Notes: generated by a model from the sequence alone, not told the origin. A stretch of DNA of 64,000 nt from an uncultured Pseudomonadales bacterium (GCA_964537665.1 CAZIBP010000001.1:11972-75971); one strand, 5' to 3'; numbered from the stretch's first letter, positions 24,737-35,196 are shown. Numbers and translations are program-made.

Positions 24737-26980
24737 ATGTTAAATTCACAATATCAAGCTAAAGACCACGAAGACCAAATTTATAAATTGTGGTTAACTC
24801 ATGATTGCTTTAATCCAGACAGCGAAATCAATCAGAATCTAAGACAACAAACACAAAACAATCGAGAAAAATTTTCAATCATTATGCCACCACCAAATGC
24901 AAATGATCCTCTGCATGTGGGACATGCTATGTTCGTGACTCTTGAGGATATCATGATTCGTTTTGCCCGCATGCAAGGCAAGGATACAGTTTGGATTCCA
25001 GGCACTGATCATGCCGGCATTGAAACTCAATTTGTATTTGAAAAAAAACTCAAAAAAGCTGGTCAAAGTCGTTTTAATTTTGATCGCGAAAGCCTTTTTC
25101 AAATGATTTGGGATTATGTTAATGAAAATTCTGCTATTGCTGTCGCACAAATTAAAAAACTTGGAGCAAGTGCTGACTGGAGTCGCTACAAGTTTACCCT
25201 CGATCAAGATATTGTTAAATCAGTGATTGAAACTTTTGTCCAAATGAACAAAGACAACTTGGTTTATCGCGCCAATCGTCTAGTCAATTTTTGTCCCAAA
25301 TGTGGCACCGCCTTTAGCAATCTTGAGGTGGATCATCAAGAACAAGAGACTGCTCTTTATTATATTAAATATGGCCCCTTTGTTTTGGCAACCACCAGAC
25401 CAGAAACAAAATTTGGTGACACTGGCTTGGCAGTTCATCCCACAGACAAACGCTATCAACAATATATTGGTCAGGAAGTTGAGGTTGAAGGCTTAAATGG
25501 TAAATTTAAACTCAAGGTTATTGCCGATGAATTTGTTGATAAAGAGTTTGGCACTGGAGTAGTAAAAATTACTCCTTATCACGATTTTAATGACTTTGCA
25601 GCTTGGCAAAGACATAAAGATGAATTACCAGAGCCAATTCAAGTAATTGACTTTGAAGGTCGTTTGACAGCCGTTGCTGGCAAATATGCTCATTTAAAAG
25701 TTGCTATTGCTAGAGAACAAATCGTTAAAGACTTAGCCCAAAAAGGTTTGTTAGTTAAAGTAGAAAAAAATTATCACAATAATCTTAGTGTCTGTTATCG
25801 TTGTAACAACCCAATCGAACCTCTACCTCTTCCTCAGTTTTACATTAAAGTTAAAACTCTTACTCAGACAGTCTTAGAAAAACTAGATAAAAAAGAAATC
25901 AAAATTCATGGAGCTGGTCACGACAAAATTCTACGTCATTGGCTTGAAACTCTGGAAGATTGGAATATTAGCCGTCAAATCGTTTGGGGAATTCGCCTGC
26001 CAGTTTGGTATAAAATTAGTGAAAATGAAGATGCTCAAATTACCTTCATCAATCAAGATAAAGAGCGTATTTCTGGAGAACTAATAACCCTATTAAAACA
26101 ATTCTCAATTGCAGAAATTAGAAAAGGTTTACAAAATATTAATCCTCGTATTACTGCCCCATATCTAGTCAGTCAAGAAAATCCTGGTGAAGAATATCTA
26201 CAAGAAACCGACACTTTTGACACTTGGTTTTCTTCCAGCCAATGGCCAGTAGTAACTCTGATGAACAACCAATCAGGTGACTTTGAAAGATTCTACCCCA
26301 CTAGCACTATGGAAACTTCTTATGATATCTTGATGTTTTGGGTAATGAGAATGCTGATGATGGGCATCTATAAAACTGGACAAACTCCTTTTAAAAATGT
26401 TTATCTACATGGACTCATTAGAGACGCTAAAGGCCAGAAGATGAGTAAGAGTAAGGGCAACGTAGTCAATCCAATGGAAATCAGTGAAAAATACGGCACA
26501 GACGCCCTCAGAATGGCTCTTGTCATCCGCTCCTCAGCTGGTTTAGACAAATCAGTTAGTGAAGGTGATTTCAAAGCCATGCGCAATTTTAGTAACAAAC
26601 TGTGGAATGCTAGTCGCTTTATTCTGATGAGCAAAACAGCAAAGGAAAATAAAACAAGTTCAAGTTGCTCTGGCGATGAGGATTTTACAAAAAAGCTACA
26701 AACAATTACTAAGGATGTGAGCAAAAACTTAACATCACTAAAACTGGGAATTGCAGCCGACACTCTTTATAATGAATTTTGGCACTGGTTCTGTGATCAA
26801 TGTATAGAAGAATCAAAAAAAGGATTGATAAATCAAGATTTAATGTTTGATGGTTTACTCACATTTTTAAAACTACTCCACCCCTTCATCCCATTTGTCA
26901 CCGAAAGTATTTGGCAGGAGTTGGTGAAGCAAAATTTAGTCAAGGAAAAAGTTTTGATTAGTAGTACTTGGCCAAATTAA
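24737..26980 (+). CDS. valS: Valyl-tRNA synthetase (short form lacking the long C-terminal coiled-coil)
   Basis: PPPNANDPLHVGHAM (HIGH), WIPGTDHAGIETQ, KMSKSKGNVV (KMSKS). 747 aa. Confidence 0.8.
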   Translation: MLNSQYQAKDHEDQIYKLWLTHDCFNPDSEINQNLRQQTQNNREKFSIIMPPPNANDPLHVGHAMFVTLEDIMIRFARMQGKDTVWIPGTDHAGIETQFVFEKKLKKAGQSRFNFDRESLFQMIWDYVNENSAIAVAQIKKLGASADWSRYKFTLDQDIVKSVIETFVQMNKDNLVYRANRLVNFCPKCGTAFSNLEVDHQEQETALYYIKYGPFVLATTRPETKFGDTGLAVHPTDKRYQQYIGQEVEVEGLNGKFKLKVIADEFVDKEFGTGVVKITPYHDFNDFAAWQRHKDELPEPIQVIDFEGRLTAVAGKYAHLKVAIAREQIVKDLAQKGLLVKVEKNYHNNLSVCYRCNNPIEPLPLPQFYIKVKTLTQTVLEKLDKKEIKIHGAGHDKILRHWLETLEDWNISRQIVWGIRLPVWYKISENEDAQITFINQDKERISGELITLLKQFSIAEIRKGLQNINPRITAPYLVSQENPGEEYLQETDTFDTWFSSSQWPVVTLMNNQSGDFERFYPTSTMETSYDILMFWVMRMLMMGIYKTGQTPFKNVYLHGLIRDAKGQKMSKSKGNVVNPMEISEKYGTDALRMALVIRSSAGLDKSVSEGDFKAMRNFSNKLWNASRFILMSKTAKENKTSSSCSGDEDFTKKLQTITKDVSKNLTSLKLGIAADTLYNEFWHWFCDQCIEESKKGLINQDLMFDGLLTFLKLLHPFIPFVTESIWQELVKQNLVKEKVLISSTWPN

Positions 26981-27438
26981 GTTATAATTTTTCTGTGCTA
27001 ACTAACTTATTTTTTTATTTAAGACTAGCAGGCTTATGTTTACGATTAATCTCTAATTTAGTAGTCTTTACCCTACTCTTTGTTTTTGCCAAATTAAATC
27101 AGCAAAAACTTCTAAATATTATTTTAATTTTATTTATTATCTTGGTTTGGCTAAGTAATATTTTTCTATTCAGACAGAAAAATACCGCGCAAATTATTGT
27201 TGAAAAAGCTTACCTTGAGGAAATGAGTCAACAAAATAATTTTAAGACACAACAATTCTTACTAAATAAAACAGAACTAAATGAAAAAATATTAAATCAA
27301 GAAAAATTAGTTAATCAAGGAATTAAAAACCTTCAACTTTTTCTCAACTTGGCAAATCTACATTCAATTTCAAAAAATCAAGCATCAGTAAAAAAATATC
27401 TGGAGCAAGCTATTTTGATTAATCCTGAAATCAGGTAA
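26968..27438 (+). CDS. Hypothetical membrane protein
   Basis: 156 aa, 2-3 TM segments, then a Gln/Asn/Lys-rich helical region. Confidence 0.3.
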   Translation: MAKLSYNFSVLTNLFFYLRLAGLCLRLISNLVVFTLLFVFAKLNQQKLLNIILILFIILVWLSNIFLFRQKNTAQIIVEKAYLEEMSQQNNFKTQQFLLNKTELNEKILNQEKLVNQGIKNLQLFLNLANLHSISKNQASVKKYLEQAILINPEIR

Positions 27439-27443
27439 CTTGG

Positions 27444-28106
27444 TTAAGCCTTATCAGAAACTTCTTCGGTGGTTAGATCTGCCTTTTTCTCACCAATGAG
27501 TTCTGGCTCAACAATTTCTGTACTAACTTCTTCCTCAACCTCTTCAGCTTTTTCTTGAACTAAAGCAATTACAAGCTCATTAGCTTGTTCTTCTTCGGCT
27601 AATACTAAAGTAACTTTACTTGAATCAAATTCTAAATTAGCTAGAGTAAATTGATCGCCAATTGCTTTAAATTGACTCTGATCAATAATAAATTTTTCTG
27701 GCAAGTCTGTTGGTAAAGCTTCTACTTCAACACTATCCTTAACTAAAACTAGAACTCCGTTATCCACATTTAATTCACCACTTATCTCAACAGAAATTTC
27801 AGCCTTGATCTTTTGAGTTAAGTTAATTTTTCGAAAAACCACGTGGAGAACATTTTTTCCATAGACATCATACTGAACCTCATCAATCAAGACTGGGAAC
27901 TCACTCTTTTCGCCTTCAACTTGTAAATAAATAATTGCATTGTCACTTAAATTACGAGTTAATTTGAGGAAAGTAAGATTGTTTACTTCCAAAGATAAAG
28001 AATCTTTGCCAGATTGATACATGTTGGCGGGAATAATTCCAGCACGGCGTAATTGATTGTTTTTTTTAGCTTGTCGTTTTGCGACTTTTAGTGTGTTTTT
28101 TTCCAT
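27444..28106 (-). CDS. rplY: 50S ribosomal protein L25 / general stress protein Ctc
   Basis: N-terminus LKVAKRQAKKNNQLRRAGIIPANMY... plus acidic C-terminal tail. 220 aa. Confidence 0.75.
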   Translation of the reverse strand: MEKNTLKVAKRQAKKNNQLRRAGIIPANMYQSGKDSLSLEVNNLTFLKLTRNLSDNAIIYLQVEGEKSEFPVLIDEVQYDVYGKNVLHVVFRKINLTQKIKAEISVEISGELNVDNGVLVLVKDSVEVEALPTDLPEKFIIDQSQFKAIGDQFTLANLEFDSSKVTLVLAEEEQANELVIALVQEKAEEVEEEVSTEIVEPELIGEKKADLTTEEVSDKA

Positions 28107-28299
28107 ACGAAGCGTTTATTTTAACATAAAAGTTATTTTCTTAAAAGCCACATATAAATTAGCAGTTTAAATATTTTTTTATTAACAAACTAGATCAAAC
28201 TAAAAAGAGTTAATTAAAAATAAAAATTTAAAAAAAGGTTGATGGACAAATAAAATCTAAGTAAACCAAAATAAAGCACGTGGAAAAAAATAATTAATT

Positions 28300-31149
28300 T
28301 CAATTATTAAATTTAATGGCAAATAAGAAGTGATCTTGATTATTGTTTTTAAATCTAATAATTTTATCTTGATAAACAGCTTGAGGAGCAATTAACTGGG
28401 GTTTTAGTTTTTCATCAAAAACAATATTGTAATTAGTTTCTTTAGCAAAAATGCCAGCTTGTTTTTGATCAAAAAAGACATATGAAAATGGCAATTCCAT
28501 TTGATTCGTTACTAAATAAGTAATGGTTAACTCAAGCTTACTCTGCTTGGGTATTAAAAAAGGAACAATTATTTCTTTGGCAAAATCCCCTTCTTTGATC
28601 GTAACTTTTTGCAGGTCTAGCTGACGGCCATTAATTTCAACTTTCTCCAAGTTTGCCTGATTATTTAGATAAAACTTGAGATAACTACGATAAAAACCAG
28701 CTTCGTTATTTTCTCCTCTAGAGAGGTTTTCGTAAATAATTTTACGTTTGTGACGAATAAATTCTTGACTAATTCCAATATTATGTTCGATTGTTTCTCT
28801 GAGATAGGCGTTACTTTTATTTAAGCCAATGTTATTCTCTACTTGAAAAAAGTAGTCCAATAAACAATTTTCTTGTTTGAATTCAGCCGGACAAACTGGC
28901 TTGATTATTTGACCGCTCCAAGAATTAATTTCAAGAATCCGTTCTAAATCAGGATTACTACTTTCCAAGAAAATTTCTCTTTGGTTTAAATGCTTAAGCC
29001 ACAAATCACCAACAAACAAAAATTGTTCTGCATTTAATTTTAATAGGTTCTCAAGTAGATAATCAGCTTGGTTTTTTATTTCCAAATGATTATTATTAAA
29101 AATTCTATATAACTCATCAATTGTTTTAGTATTTAAAGCAATAACTAAATCAATTTTTAGACCAGTCGCCTGTTCAATAAACCACTTAGTTTCATGGCTT
29201 GTTTTGAAAAAATCTGCCCACCAATTACTATCTCGTAAATGAAATGTCTTCTGGTTTAAAAATTCAGCAATCTCTGAATCAGAGTCTTTATGACCATAAA
29301 CTCTGGCGTCTAATTCATCGACATTAAAAGTTTGTTTATCAACTAGTACTGCCTGATCAAAACTCAAGATAATTGCTTGGGTTAATAATCCTCCAGTAGC
29401 CCTCAATTCATTACTATCTTGGATCAAAATTAAAAAATTAACCCTACCAGATTGTAAAATAAAATCTTTAAATACTTCAATAAATCTTCTTAATTGCAAA
29501 AAGTTTTTGAGTTCTTCTCTACTTTGATCGAGAGCTTTTTGCCAAATATTCTTTTCGGTTTCTTCATATAAATCTAAATTTAGTGAACTTAAATAAGCGT
29601 TAAATGCCTTTTGAGCTTCAATTTTTTGATCTAACACTGGCAATAAATCATTGTAAAAATAACTCATTTCTGCACCACCAGTAAAAGTTTTTAGATATAA
29701 ATTATAGATTAGTTGATTGCTTTTAGCCTTATTTTTAAAAAGAGATAATAAAGAATCATTTAAAGTCTTGATGTCATGTGCTTGAGTTAAGGATTCTTCC
29801 AAAAGAATCTTTTGATATTGCTGAAGTTGAAATACAAATAGCTTATATATTCCTGATTTATCAATCTTTTCAATGTTTTGACCTTCATTTTTGACCGAGT
29901 TTAAAAGTTGTTTTTGTAATTCTTTTTGACTCAAGTTAAAAAGAAGCAGGAGAGTGAGAAGAATTAAACCAACACTAAAACCAAACACTCCTAAGTAAAA
30001 AAGGATTTTACGCTTTTTACTTTTTAAAATAATTTTTTTACCTTCATCTAGATTTTTTTCCTGACGCAAAATTTTTTCTTGATTTCTTTGAGTGGAGAAG
30101 AGTTGTTCAATTTTATTAAGCAATTCAAAACTAAAATTTGCCTCCTTAGCCGTTTGATTTAACTTTTTTTGGGCTTGTTTAAACAAAACTGGGGATTGAT
30201 GCAAAACTGATAAATGATTAATGTTTTTAACTATCTTTGGTTTGAGGCTTTTTTGTTTTTTTTCTAAAAATTCCATCGCTAAAGCTTTTTTTAATTCCAG
30301 TTCTGATGGGGCAATTTCCGCTATCTCTTGGTTAAATTTATTAATTTCTCTAATTCTTTGATCCAACAGATTCTCAATTTTAACTTTTTTATTACTAACC
30401 AAACTAAATTCTTCAAAAAGCTGTTCTTTTTTTTCTTCAGCAAGCAACTTGATTACCGAAAGTTTTTTTTGAAAATACTGTTCATATAAATAGAGGATAT
30501 CTTTAACTATTTTTTCAGAAGAAATTGCCTGGCCATTAATTATATATTTAGCCAAGCTATGAGGTTTAATTAAATAACTTTTAATTAACTGAAAGAAGCT
30601 TTTTTCATCTTGAAAATAAAACTTAGATTGAGGATCGAATAGATAGCCTTGTTTAATTGCGGAAAAAAGCAAGAGTAGAGGATAGTTAATATTTTTATTA
30701 TTCTCAATGAGAAGATCTTTGGCTAAAAAAACCAAAGATTGACTGAAGTGATTAAAAAAATCATTTAAAAAAGTTAAATGATCATTTAGATAAGATTGAT
30801 ACTTCAAATTAAAATCGTCTAATATTTCTAAAGAAGTACTAACAGTTGAAATCAAAACAATTGGAATCATCTCTGTTTGTTTTTGGTTTAAATGATCAAA
30901 AAAGGCAAAAACTCTTTGATAAACTTCAGTTGAAACAGAATTAAACCCATAAATGAAAATTATTTTATGAACTCTTTTTTGCTGAAGATCAACTTTTTCT
31001 TGATCTAAAAAAAAATCTTGATCAAGGTTGATTAATTTAACTCGAAAAGAATTATCCTCTAATGTATTTACAACCAGATTGGTTAGAGCTAAATTTAACT
31101 CAGAAACCACCAAAACAATCGGCGAATCATCTTCCAATTGATAAAGCAT
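28300..31149 (-). CDS. Large membrane-associated hypothetical protein (DUF4012-like)
   Basis: 949 aa, internal TM (YLGVFGFSVGLILLTLLLLF), and a C-terminal region with LRATGGLLTQAIILSFD... reminiscent of DUF4012 proteins. Confidence 0.4.
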   Translation of the reverse strand: MLYQLEDDSPIVLVVSELNLALTNLVVNTLEDNSFRVKLINLDQDFFLDQEKVDLQQKRVHKIIFIYGFNSVSTEVYQRVFAFFDHLNQKQTEMIPIVLISTVSTSLEILDDFNLKYQSYLNDHLTFLNDFFNHFSQSLVFLAKDLLIENNKNINYPLLLLFSAIKQGYLFDPQSKFYFQDEKSFFQLIKSYLIKPHSLAKYIINGQAISSEKIVKDILYLYEQYFQKKLSVIKLLAEEKKEQLFEEFSLVSNKKVKIENLLDQRIREINKFNQEIAEIAPSELELKKALAMEFLEKKQKSLKPKIVKNINHLSVLHQSPVLFKQAQKKLNQTAKEANFSFELLNKIEQLFSTQRNQEKILRQEKNLDEGKKIILKSKKRKILFYLGVFGFSVGLILLTLLLLFNLSQKELQKQLLNSVKNEGQNIEKIDKSGIYKLFVFQLQQYQKILLEESLTQAHDIKTLNDSLLSLFKNKAKSNQLIYNLYLKTFTGGAEMSYFYNDLLPVLDQKIEAQKAFNAYLSSLNLDLYEETEKNIWQKALDQSREELKNFLQLRRFIEVFKDFILQSGRVNFLILIQDSNELRATGGLLTQAIILSFDQAVLVDKQTFNVDELDARVYGHKDSDSEIAEFLNQKTFHLRDSNWWADFFKTSHETKWFIEQATGLKIDLVIALNTKTIDELYRIFNNNHLEIKNQADYLLENLLKLNAEQFLFVGDLWLKHLNQREIFLESSNPDLERILEINSWSGQIIKPVCPAEFKQENCLLDYFFQVENNIGLNKSNAYLRETIEHNIGISQEFIRHKRKIIYENLSRGENNEAGFYRSYLKFYLNNQANLEKVEINGRQLDLQKVTIKEGDFAKEIIVPFLIPKQSKLELTITYLVTNQMELPFSYVFFDQKQAGIFAKETNYNIVFDEKLKPQLIAPQAVYQDKIIRFKNNNQDHFLFAIKFNN

Positions 31150-31178
31150 TTAAATCATTTTAGAACAAAATTAAAGCT

Positions 31179-31601
31179 TTAGACATCGTGCATGTCCATC
31201 GCTTGATTGGCTAATAAATCAGCTGTCTGATTTTGTGATCTTGGAATATGAACAATCTCGTAGGAACAATGGGGGAGAAGATCTAAGATTTGCCAATTTT
31301 TCAATGCTAGTTCTCTTAATCTAATCTCTTTAATTTGCCAATTTTTATTCATTTGTTCCACCACTAATTTAGAGTCAAGTTTAAAAATAATTTTAGTAGG
31401 ATTTTTTAGATAATTCTGTAAATACTTTAAAGCTAAATTGAGAGCTAAATATTCAGCTTCATTATTAGTTTTTATGCCAAGAGATTGATATCCTCGATAA
31501 ATTTCTTGGTTTTCTGCATCAATTATATAAATTCCTGCTCCAGCAACACCTGGATTTCCTCTTGATCCACCATCAGTAAAAACAGTTATTTTTTCTTGCA
31601 T
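31179..31601 (-). CDS. rnhA: Ribonuclease HI
   Basis: ITVFTDGGSRGNPGVAGAGIYI...NNEAEYLALNLAL...HIPRSQNQTADLLAN. 140 aa. Confidence 0.85.
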   Translation of the reverse strand: MQEKITVFTDGGSRGNPGVAGAGIYIIDAENQEIYRGYQSLGIKTNNEAEYLALNLALKYLQNYLKNPTKIIFKLDSKLVVEQMNKNWQIKEIRLRELALKNWQILDLLPHCSYEIVHIPRSQNQTADLLANQAMDMHDV

Positions 31602-31635
31602 AATTCCAGATTTATTAACGCAAACTCTGGTAGAA

Positions 31636-32094
31636 TTAAGATTCTTTTAATCTAATAATCAAAACCCGCTCTTCAGCTCTGTCTTCAGAAACACTTTCCA
31701 ACTTGGATAATTCAGTCATTTCCGCTAAAGCACTATGAATAAGATAGCGCTCATAAGAATTAAGATCATGAATTTCGGCCGGTTCACCGGTTTGCAAAAC
31801 TCTATGAGCTATTCCTATCGCTTTTTCTTTGAGTCGAGCTTCTAGTTCGGCACGATAATTATTTATATCAAGCATTATTCTTTTGTCTAAAAATTCATCT
31901 TTAAAAGAAAGTTTGGTCAGTAGTTCAATCGCCTCTAGAGTTTCACCATGATTGCCAATTAAAAGAGCAGCGTCATCTGAAGAAACAGTAATCGAAATTT
32001 TTAATCGATTCTCTAATTCTTCCAAAAGAATTTCAAAATCTTCTTCTACTCCGAGATGTTTAATTAATTTTTCTAGATATTCTTGTATTTTCAT
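31636..32094 (-). CDS. jag: Jag-like KH/R3H RNA-binding protein (YidC-associated)
   Basis: 152 aa directly downstream of yidC, with an R3H-like C-terminus (...YERYLIHSAL...). Confidence 0.55.
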   Translation of the reverse strand: MKIQEYLEKLIKHLGVEEDFEILLEELENRLKISITVSSDDAALLIGNHGETLEAIELLTKLSFKDEFLDKRIMLDINNYRAELEARLKEKAIGIAHRVLQTGEPAEIHDLNSYERYLIHSALAEMTELSKLESVSEDRAEERVLIIRLKES

Positions 32095-32096
32095 TT

Positions 32097-33050
32097 TTAC
32101 TTTCTATTTTTTTTGTTTTTCTTTGGTTTTGTCGCACGCTTGTTTTTAGGTTTAATTGGATTGCTATTACCGTCTAAATTTTTTAATACCCCAACTAATG
32201 ATTGATTATCAGTGTTTTTTTGAAAAAGGCTTTTTTTCTTCAGATGAATCTTCTTCGGAATTAAAGTTAGAGTTTTATTTGAAGAAATATTAATATATTT
32301 GCCTTTCATTGGCCCAAAATTAGCAATATACCTATTCCAATAAGTGGCTAATCCGCCCAAACCTGAAACAAAATATTGAGTAATAATTGTAATAATTGTT
32401 CCCACAACCCAATAAAGAGCTAAACCTGAAGGTAGCTTTAAAGCGATAAACGTGGTCATAATCGGCATGAGAAAAATCATTTGCTGCTGCATGGTTGCCG
32501 CCATTTCAGCAATATCCTCTTCTTTTTTATTAGCTTCTTGGACAGTTTTAATTTTTGAATTATTATCAATTACGTCTCTGGTTTGAGCAGCTGGAGAAAT
32601 CATCAATGACAATAAAAACTGAGTTAAACCAGCAATGACTGGTAAAACATAAGTAGGATCATGTTGAGCCAAATTAAGCCATAAAAAATTAAGATTGGAA
32701 AAAGTTGGATCATCAAAAAGACGAATAATGCTCTGATATAAAACAATTAAAATAAAAAGTTGTAAAAGCTGAGGTAAACAGCCGGCTAGAGGATTGATAT
32801 TATAACTTTTATAAAGTTGAGCTTGAGCTAAAGCTAAAGCTTGTTTATCATTTTTATGTTTTTCTTTAAGTTTTTTTAACTCTGGTTGAAGCTCTTGAAT
32901 TTTTTTACTGGATTTAATACTAGGCAGCGTGAGAGGTAATAAAACTGATCGAATCAAAATGGTAAAAACAATAATGGTTACTCCAAGATTACTAAAAATT
33001 GAATCTAAAAAAACCAAAATTGTTGAAAAAAAATTAATAAAAAAATTCAT
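32097..33050 (-). CDS. yidC: Membrane protein insertase YidC (short monoderm form)
   Basis: ...MIFLMPIMTTFIALKLPSGLALYWVVGTIITIITQYF... conserved YidC C-terminal TM core, with a basic C-terminal tail. 317 aa. Confidence 0.8.
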   Translation of the reverse strand: MNFFINFFSTILVFLDSIFSNLGVTIIVFTILIRSVLLPLTLPSIKSSKKIQELQPELKKLKEKHKNDKQALALAQAQLYKSYNINPLAGCLPQLLQLFILIVLYQSIIRLFDDPTFSNLNFLWLNLAQHDPTYVLPVIAGLTQFLLSLMISPAAQTRDVIDNNSKIKTVQEANKKEEDIAEMAATMQQQMIFLMPIMTTFIALKLPSGLALYWVVGTIITIITQYFVSGLGGLATYWNRYIANFGPMKGKYINISSNKTLTLIPKKIHLKKKSLFQKNTDNQSLVGVLKNLDGNSNPIKPKNKRATKPKKNKKNRK

Positions 33051-33057
33051 TTAATTC

Positions 33058-33249
33058 CTAAAAAAGATGATGACAATTAATACTTCGCCAAAAACCTTGT
33101 AATAACCCGACAATTGTACCATTTTTTTTAATTTGTATAAGAGTGTAGTGACTACAACTAAGATTCTTTTGACAAGTAAAAGAAAAACCAAATAAGGAAA
33201 ATAAAAGATTATGTTTGAAAGTGGCTAGAAACTTATAAATTTTTAGCAT
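33058..33249 (-). CDS. yidD: Membrane protein insertion efficiency factor YidD-like
   Basis: 63 aa with a Cys/His-containing motif (C..LSCSHY...G...G...INCHH), located between rnpA and yidC as in the canonical operon. Confidence 0.5.
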   Translation of the reverse strand: MLKIYKFLATFKHNLLFSLFGFSFTCQKNLSCSHYTLIQIKKNGTIVGLLQGFWRSINCHHLF

Positions 33250-33601
33250 TTTTTATTATTTGGTCTAATAAGATAAAAAAATCGTGCTTTAGTTTTTCTT
33301 TGTCTTCAATAAATTTTCTTTTTAAAACAATTGCTAGATCTATTTTTTTATTTAAAAGATTATCGTTCTCATTTTTATTTTTCTCTATCAAAAAAGAAAA
33401 CATTAAACGTTTATAAAAATTCCTTTTTGCTGCTTTATTTATCGCTGCTTTGGGAGATATACAAGTAACTTTTAGATAATCTTTATTGTTGCGAAAATAA
33501 GCCAAAAAATATCTTGAGGATAAAAATAAAGATCTATCTCGATTAAAAATCAAAGCATTATCTCTTAAAGAGAGATTGAAACGATATTTTTTGGCTAACA
33601 T
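33233..33601 (-). CDS. rnpA: Ribonuclease P protein component
   Basis: 122 aa, basic. MLAKKYRFNLSLRDN...AAINKAAKRNFYKRLMF resembles RnpA. Immediately downstream of rpmH. Confidence 0.7.
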   Translation of the reverse strand: MLAKKYRFNLSLRDNALIFNRDRSLFLSSRYFLAYFRNNKDYLKVTCISPKAAINKAAKRNFYKRLMFSFLIEKNKNENDNLLNKKIDLAIVLKRKFIEDKEKLKHDFFILLDQIIKNAKNL

Positions 33602-33620
33602 TTATTTAAATATTCTAGAT

Positions 33621-33767
33621 TTACCAATGTTTGGCAACAGCTAGTTTTTTGCGACCTTTAGCTCGACGTCTTTTAATGACAATCTGACCAGTTAAAGTCT
33701 GCATTCTCTTTAAGAATCCGTGCATGCGCATTCTTTTTTTCTTTTTTGGGTTCCATGTTCTTTTCAT
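33621..33767 (-). CDS. rpmH: 50S ribosomal protein L34 (missing from the supplied ORF track because it is under 60 aa)
   Basis: Reverse-complement translation [48 protein letters not shown] (48 aa) is canonical L34. Start is the reverse-complement of 33765..33767; stop TAA at 33621..33623. Confidence 0.9.
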   Translation of the reverse strand: MKRTWNPKKKKRMRMHGFLKRMQTLTGQIVIKRRRAKGRKKLAVAKHW

Positions 33768-33782
33768 AAGTTAGAGATTATA

Positions 33783-34889
33783 TCATGTAACTCTAAAAGG
33801 CATAGCGATATAAAAATAATCCGCTCTTTTTTTATCCTTAAAAATCGCTGGTTTTAGGCTTTCATTCATTCCAAAAACCAAAATCTCTGGCTTAACCGCA
33901 TTGATAAAATCAATTAAATAATTAACATTAAAAGCAATTTCTCCACTTTCGCCAGATGGATTATTAATTTCAATCTCTCCAGTATATTCTCCAAAAGATG
34001 GAGAAAATGAGTTAATTTTCATTTTATCTTTATCTAAAGTGATTTTAACAATATTTGAAACTTCTCTTGAAAAAATTGCTGCTCTTTTAAGTTGAATTAA
34101 AAATTCCTCACTTTCAAACTCTATCATGAGAGAGAAATTTGGAGGAATGATTTTCTCATATGGAGGATAATCTCCTTCAATTAGTCGCACGTACATTTCC
34201 ACATTACTTAATTTAAATAGCAATTGTTTTAATTCGTCTGAAACTAAAATTTCTACTAAAAGAGCCTCTGTTTGATGAGCAATTCGATAAAGTTCCTCGA
34301 GAGCTTTGGCTGGAATTAGAATTGTTTTTTCTTGATTCGAATTAATCTCGCTTAGAAAAAGATTGCTTAAACGAAAACCATCTGTTGCCACTACCTCTAA
34401 ACCAGTTTGCTTAAATTTCAATAATAAAGCTGTTAAGACTGGACGGCTTTGATCTATACCTGCACAAAAAGTAACTAAATTCTTAATTTTTTCCAAGTTT
34501 GGCAAACTTAAATGAAAAGAATCTCCTACAACTTGTGGAAAATTTGGAAATTCATCACTTTTCTGACAAGACAATTTACTCACTGTTTTATTTTGAGTAA
34601 TAATCAGAGAATTTTCCTTTAATTCTAATTTAACTTTACCTGTTTCTAAGGAATTAATTAGACTTTTGAATAATTCACCATTTACAATTAAATCTCCCTC
34701 TTCCTCTGTTTCTACTATTAGTTCTGTTTTAATACCTAGATATAAATCAGTAGCTGATAAAGTTAGAATATTTTCTTTCACTCGCAAAAGAATCGAAGAC
34801 AAAATAGTTATTTGTGGTTTACTGGGAATTACTTTCTGTAAATAATTTAGCGAGTTTTTTAGATTTTCTTGTAAAACACTTAATTTCAT
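33783..34889 (-). CDS. dnaN: DNA polymerase III beta sliding clamp
   Basis: MKLSVLQENLKNSLNYLQKVIPSKPQITILSSILL... typical DnaN N-terminus. 368 aa, three-domain size. Confidence 0.85.
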   Translation of the reverse strand: MKLSVLQENLKNSLNYLQKVIPSKPQITILSSILLRVKENILTLSATDLYLGIKTELIVETEEEGDLIVNGELFKSLINSLETGKVKLELKENSLIITQNKTVSKLSCQKSDEFPNFPQVVGDSFHLSLPNLEKIKNLVTFCAGIDQSRPVLTALLLKFKQTGLEVVATDGFRLSNLFLSEINSNQEKTILIPAKALEELYRIAHQTEALLVEILVSDELKQLLFKLSNVEMYVRLIEGDYPPYEKIIPPNFSLMIEFESEEFLIQLKRAAIFSREVSNIVKITLDKDKMKINSFSPSFGEYTGEIEINNPSGESGEIAFNVNYLIDFINAVKPEILVFGMNESLKPAIFKDKKRADYFYIAMPFRVT

Positions 34890-35117
34890 ATTTCTTTTTA
34901 TTTAATTATATATTTTTAGTAGTTGTAGTAGTAGTCTCTGTGTGTAAGTTAATATTCTGTCGACTTCGATCTGGTATTTCATTAATAATGACTGCGTAAA
35001 AACGATCTTATTTTGTTGATTATTTTGTTAATTATGGTGAATTTCTGTCTAAAAATAAATAAAGTTTTTCACAGTCCTATAAAGTTCTTAGTTTTTTGTT
35101 AACAAGCTTTTCACTTC

Positions 35118-35149
35118 TTTTCCACCATTTTTTCCACAATTGTGGAAAA
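35118..35149. promoter_or_regulatory. Cluster of DnaA-box-like sites (TTTTCCACC, and TTTTCCACA/TGTGGAAAA as a head-to-head palindrome) in the dnaA-dnaN intergenic region; candidate oriC element
   Basis: ttttccacc at 35118..35126; ttttccaca at 35130..35138; tgtggaaaa at 35141..35149. One mismatch from the TTATCCACA consensus. An AT-rich intergenic region of about 300 bp surrounds it. Another TTTTCCACA lies at 36842..36850, upstream of dnaA. Confidence 0.5.
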
Positions 35150-35196
35150 AGTAATTGATAATTTGTTTAAAAAACATAAATAGATTGCTATATAGG

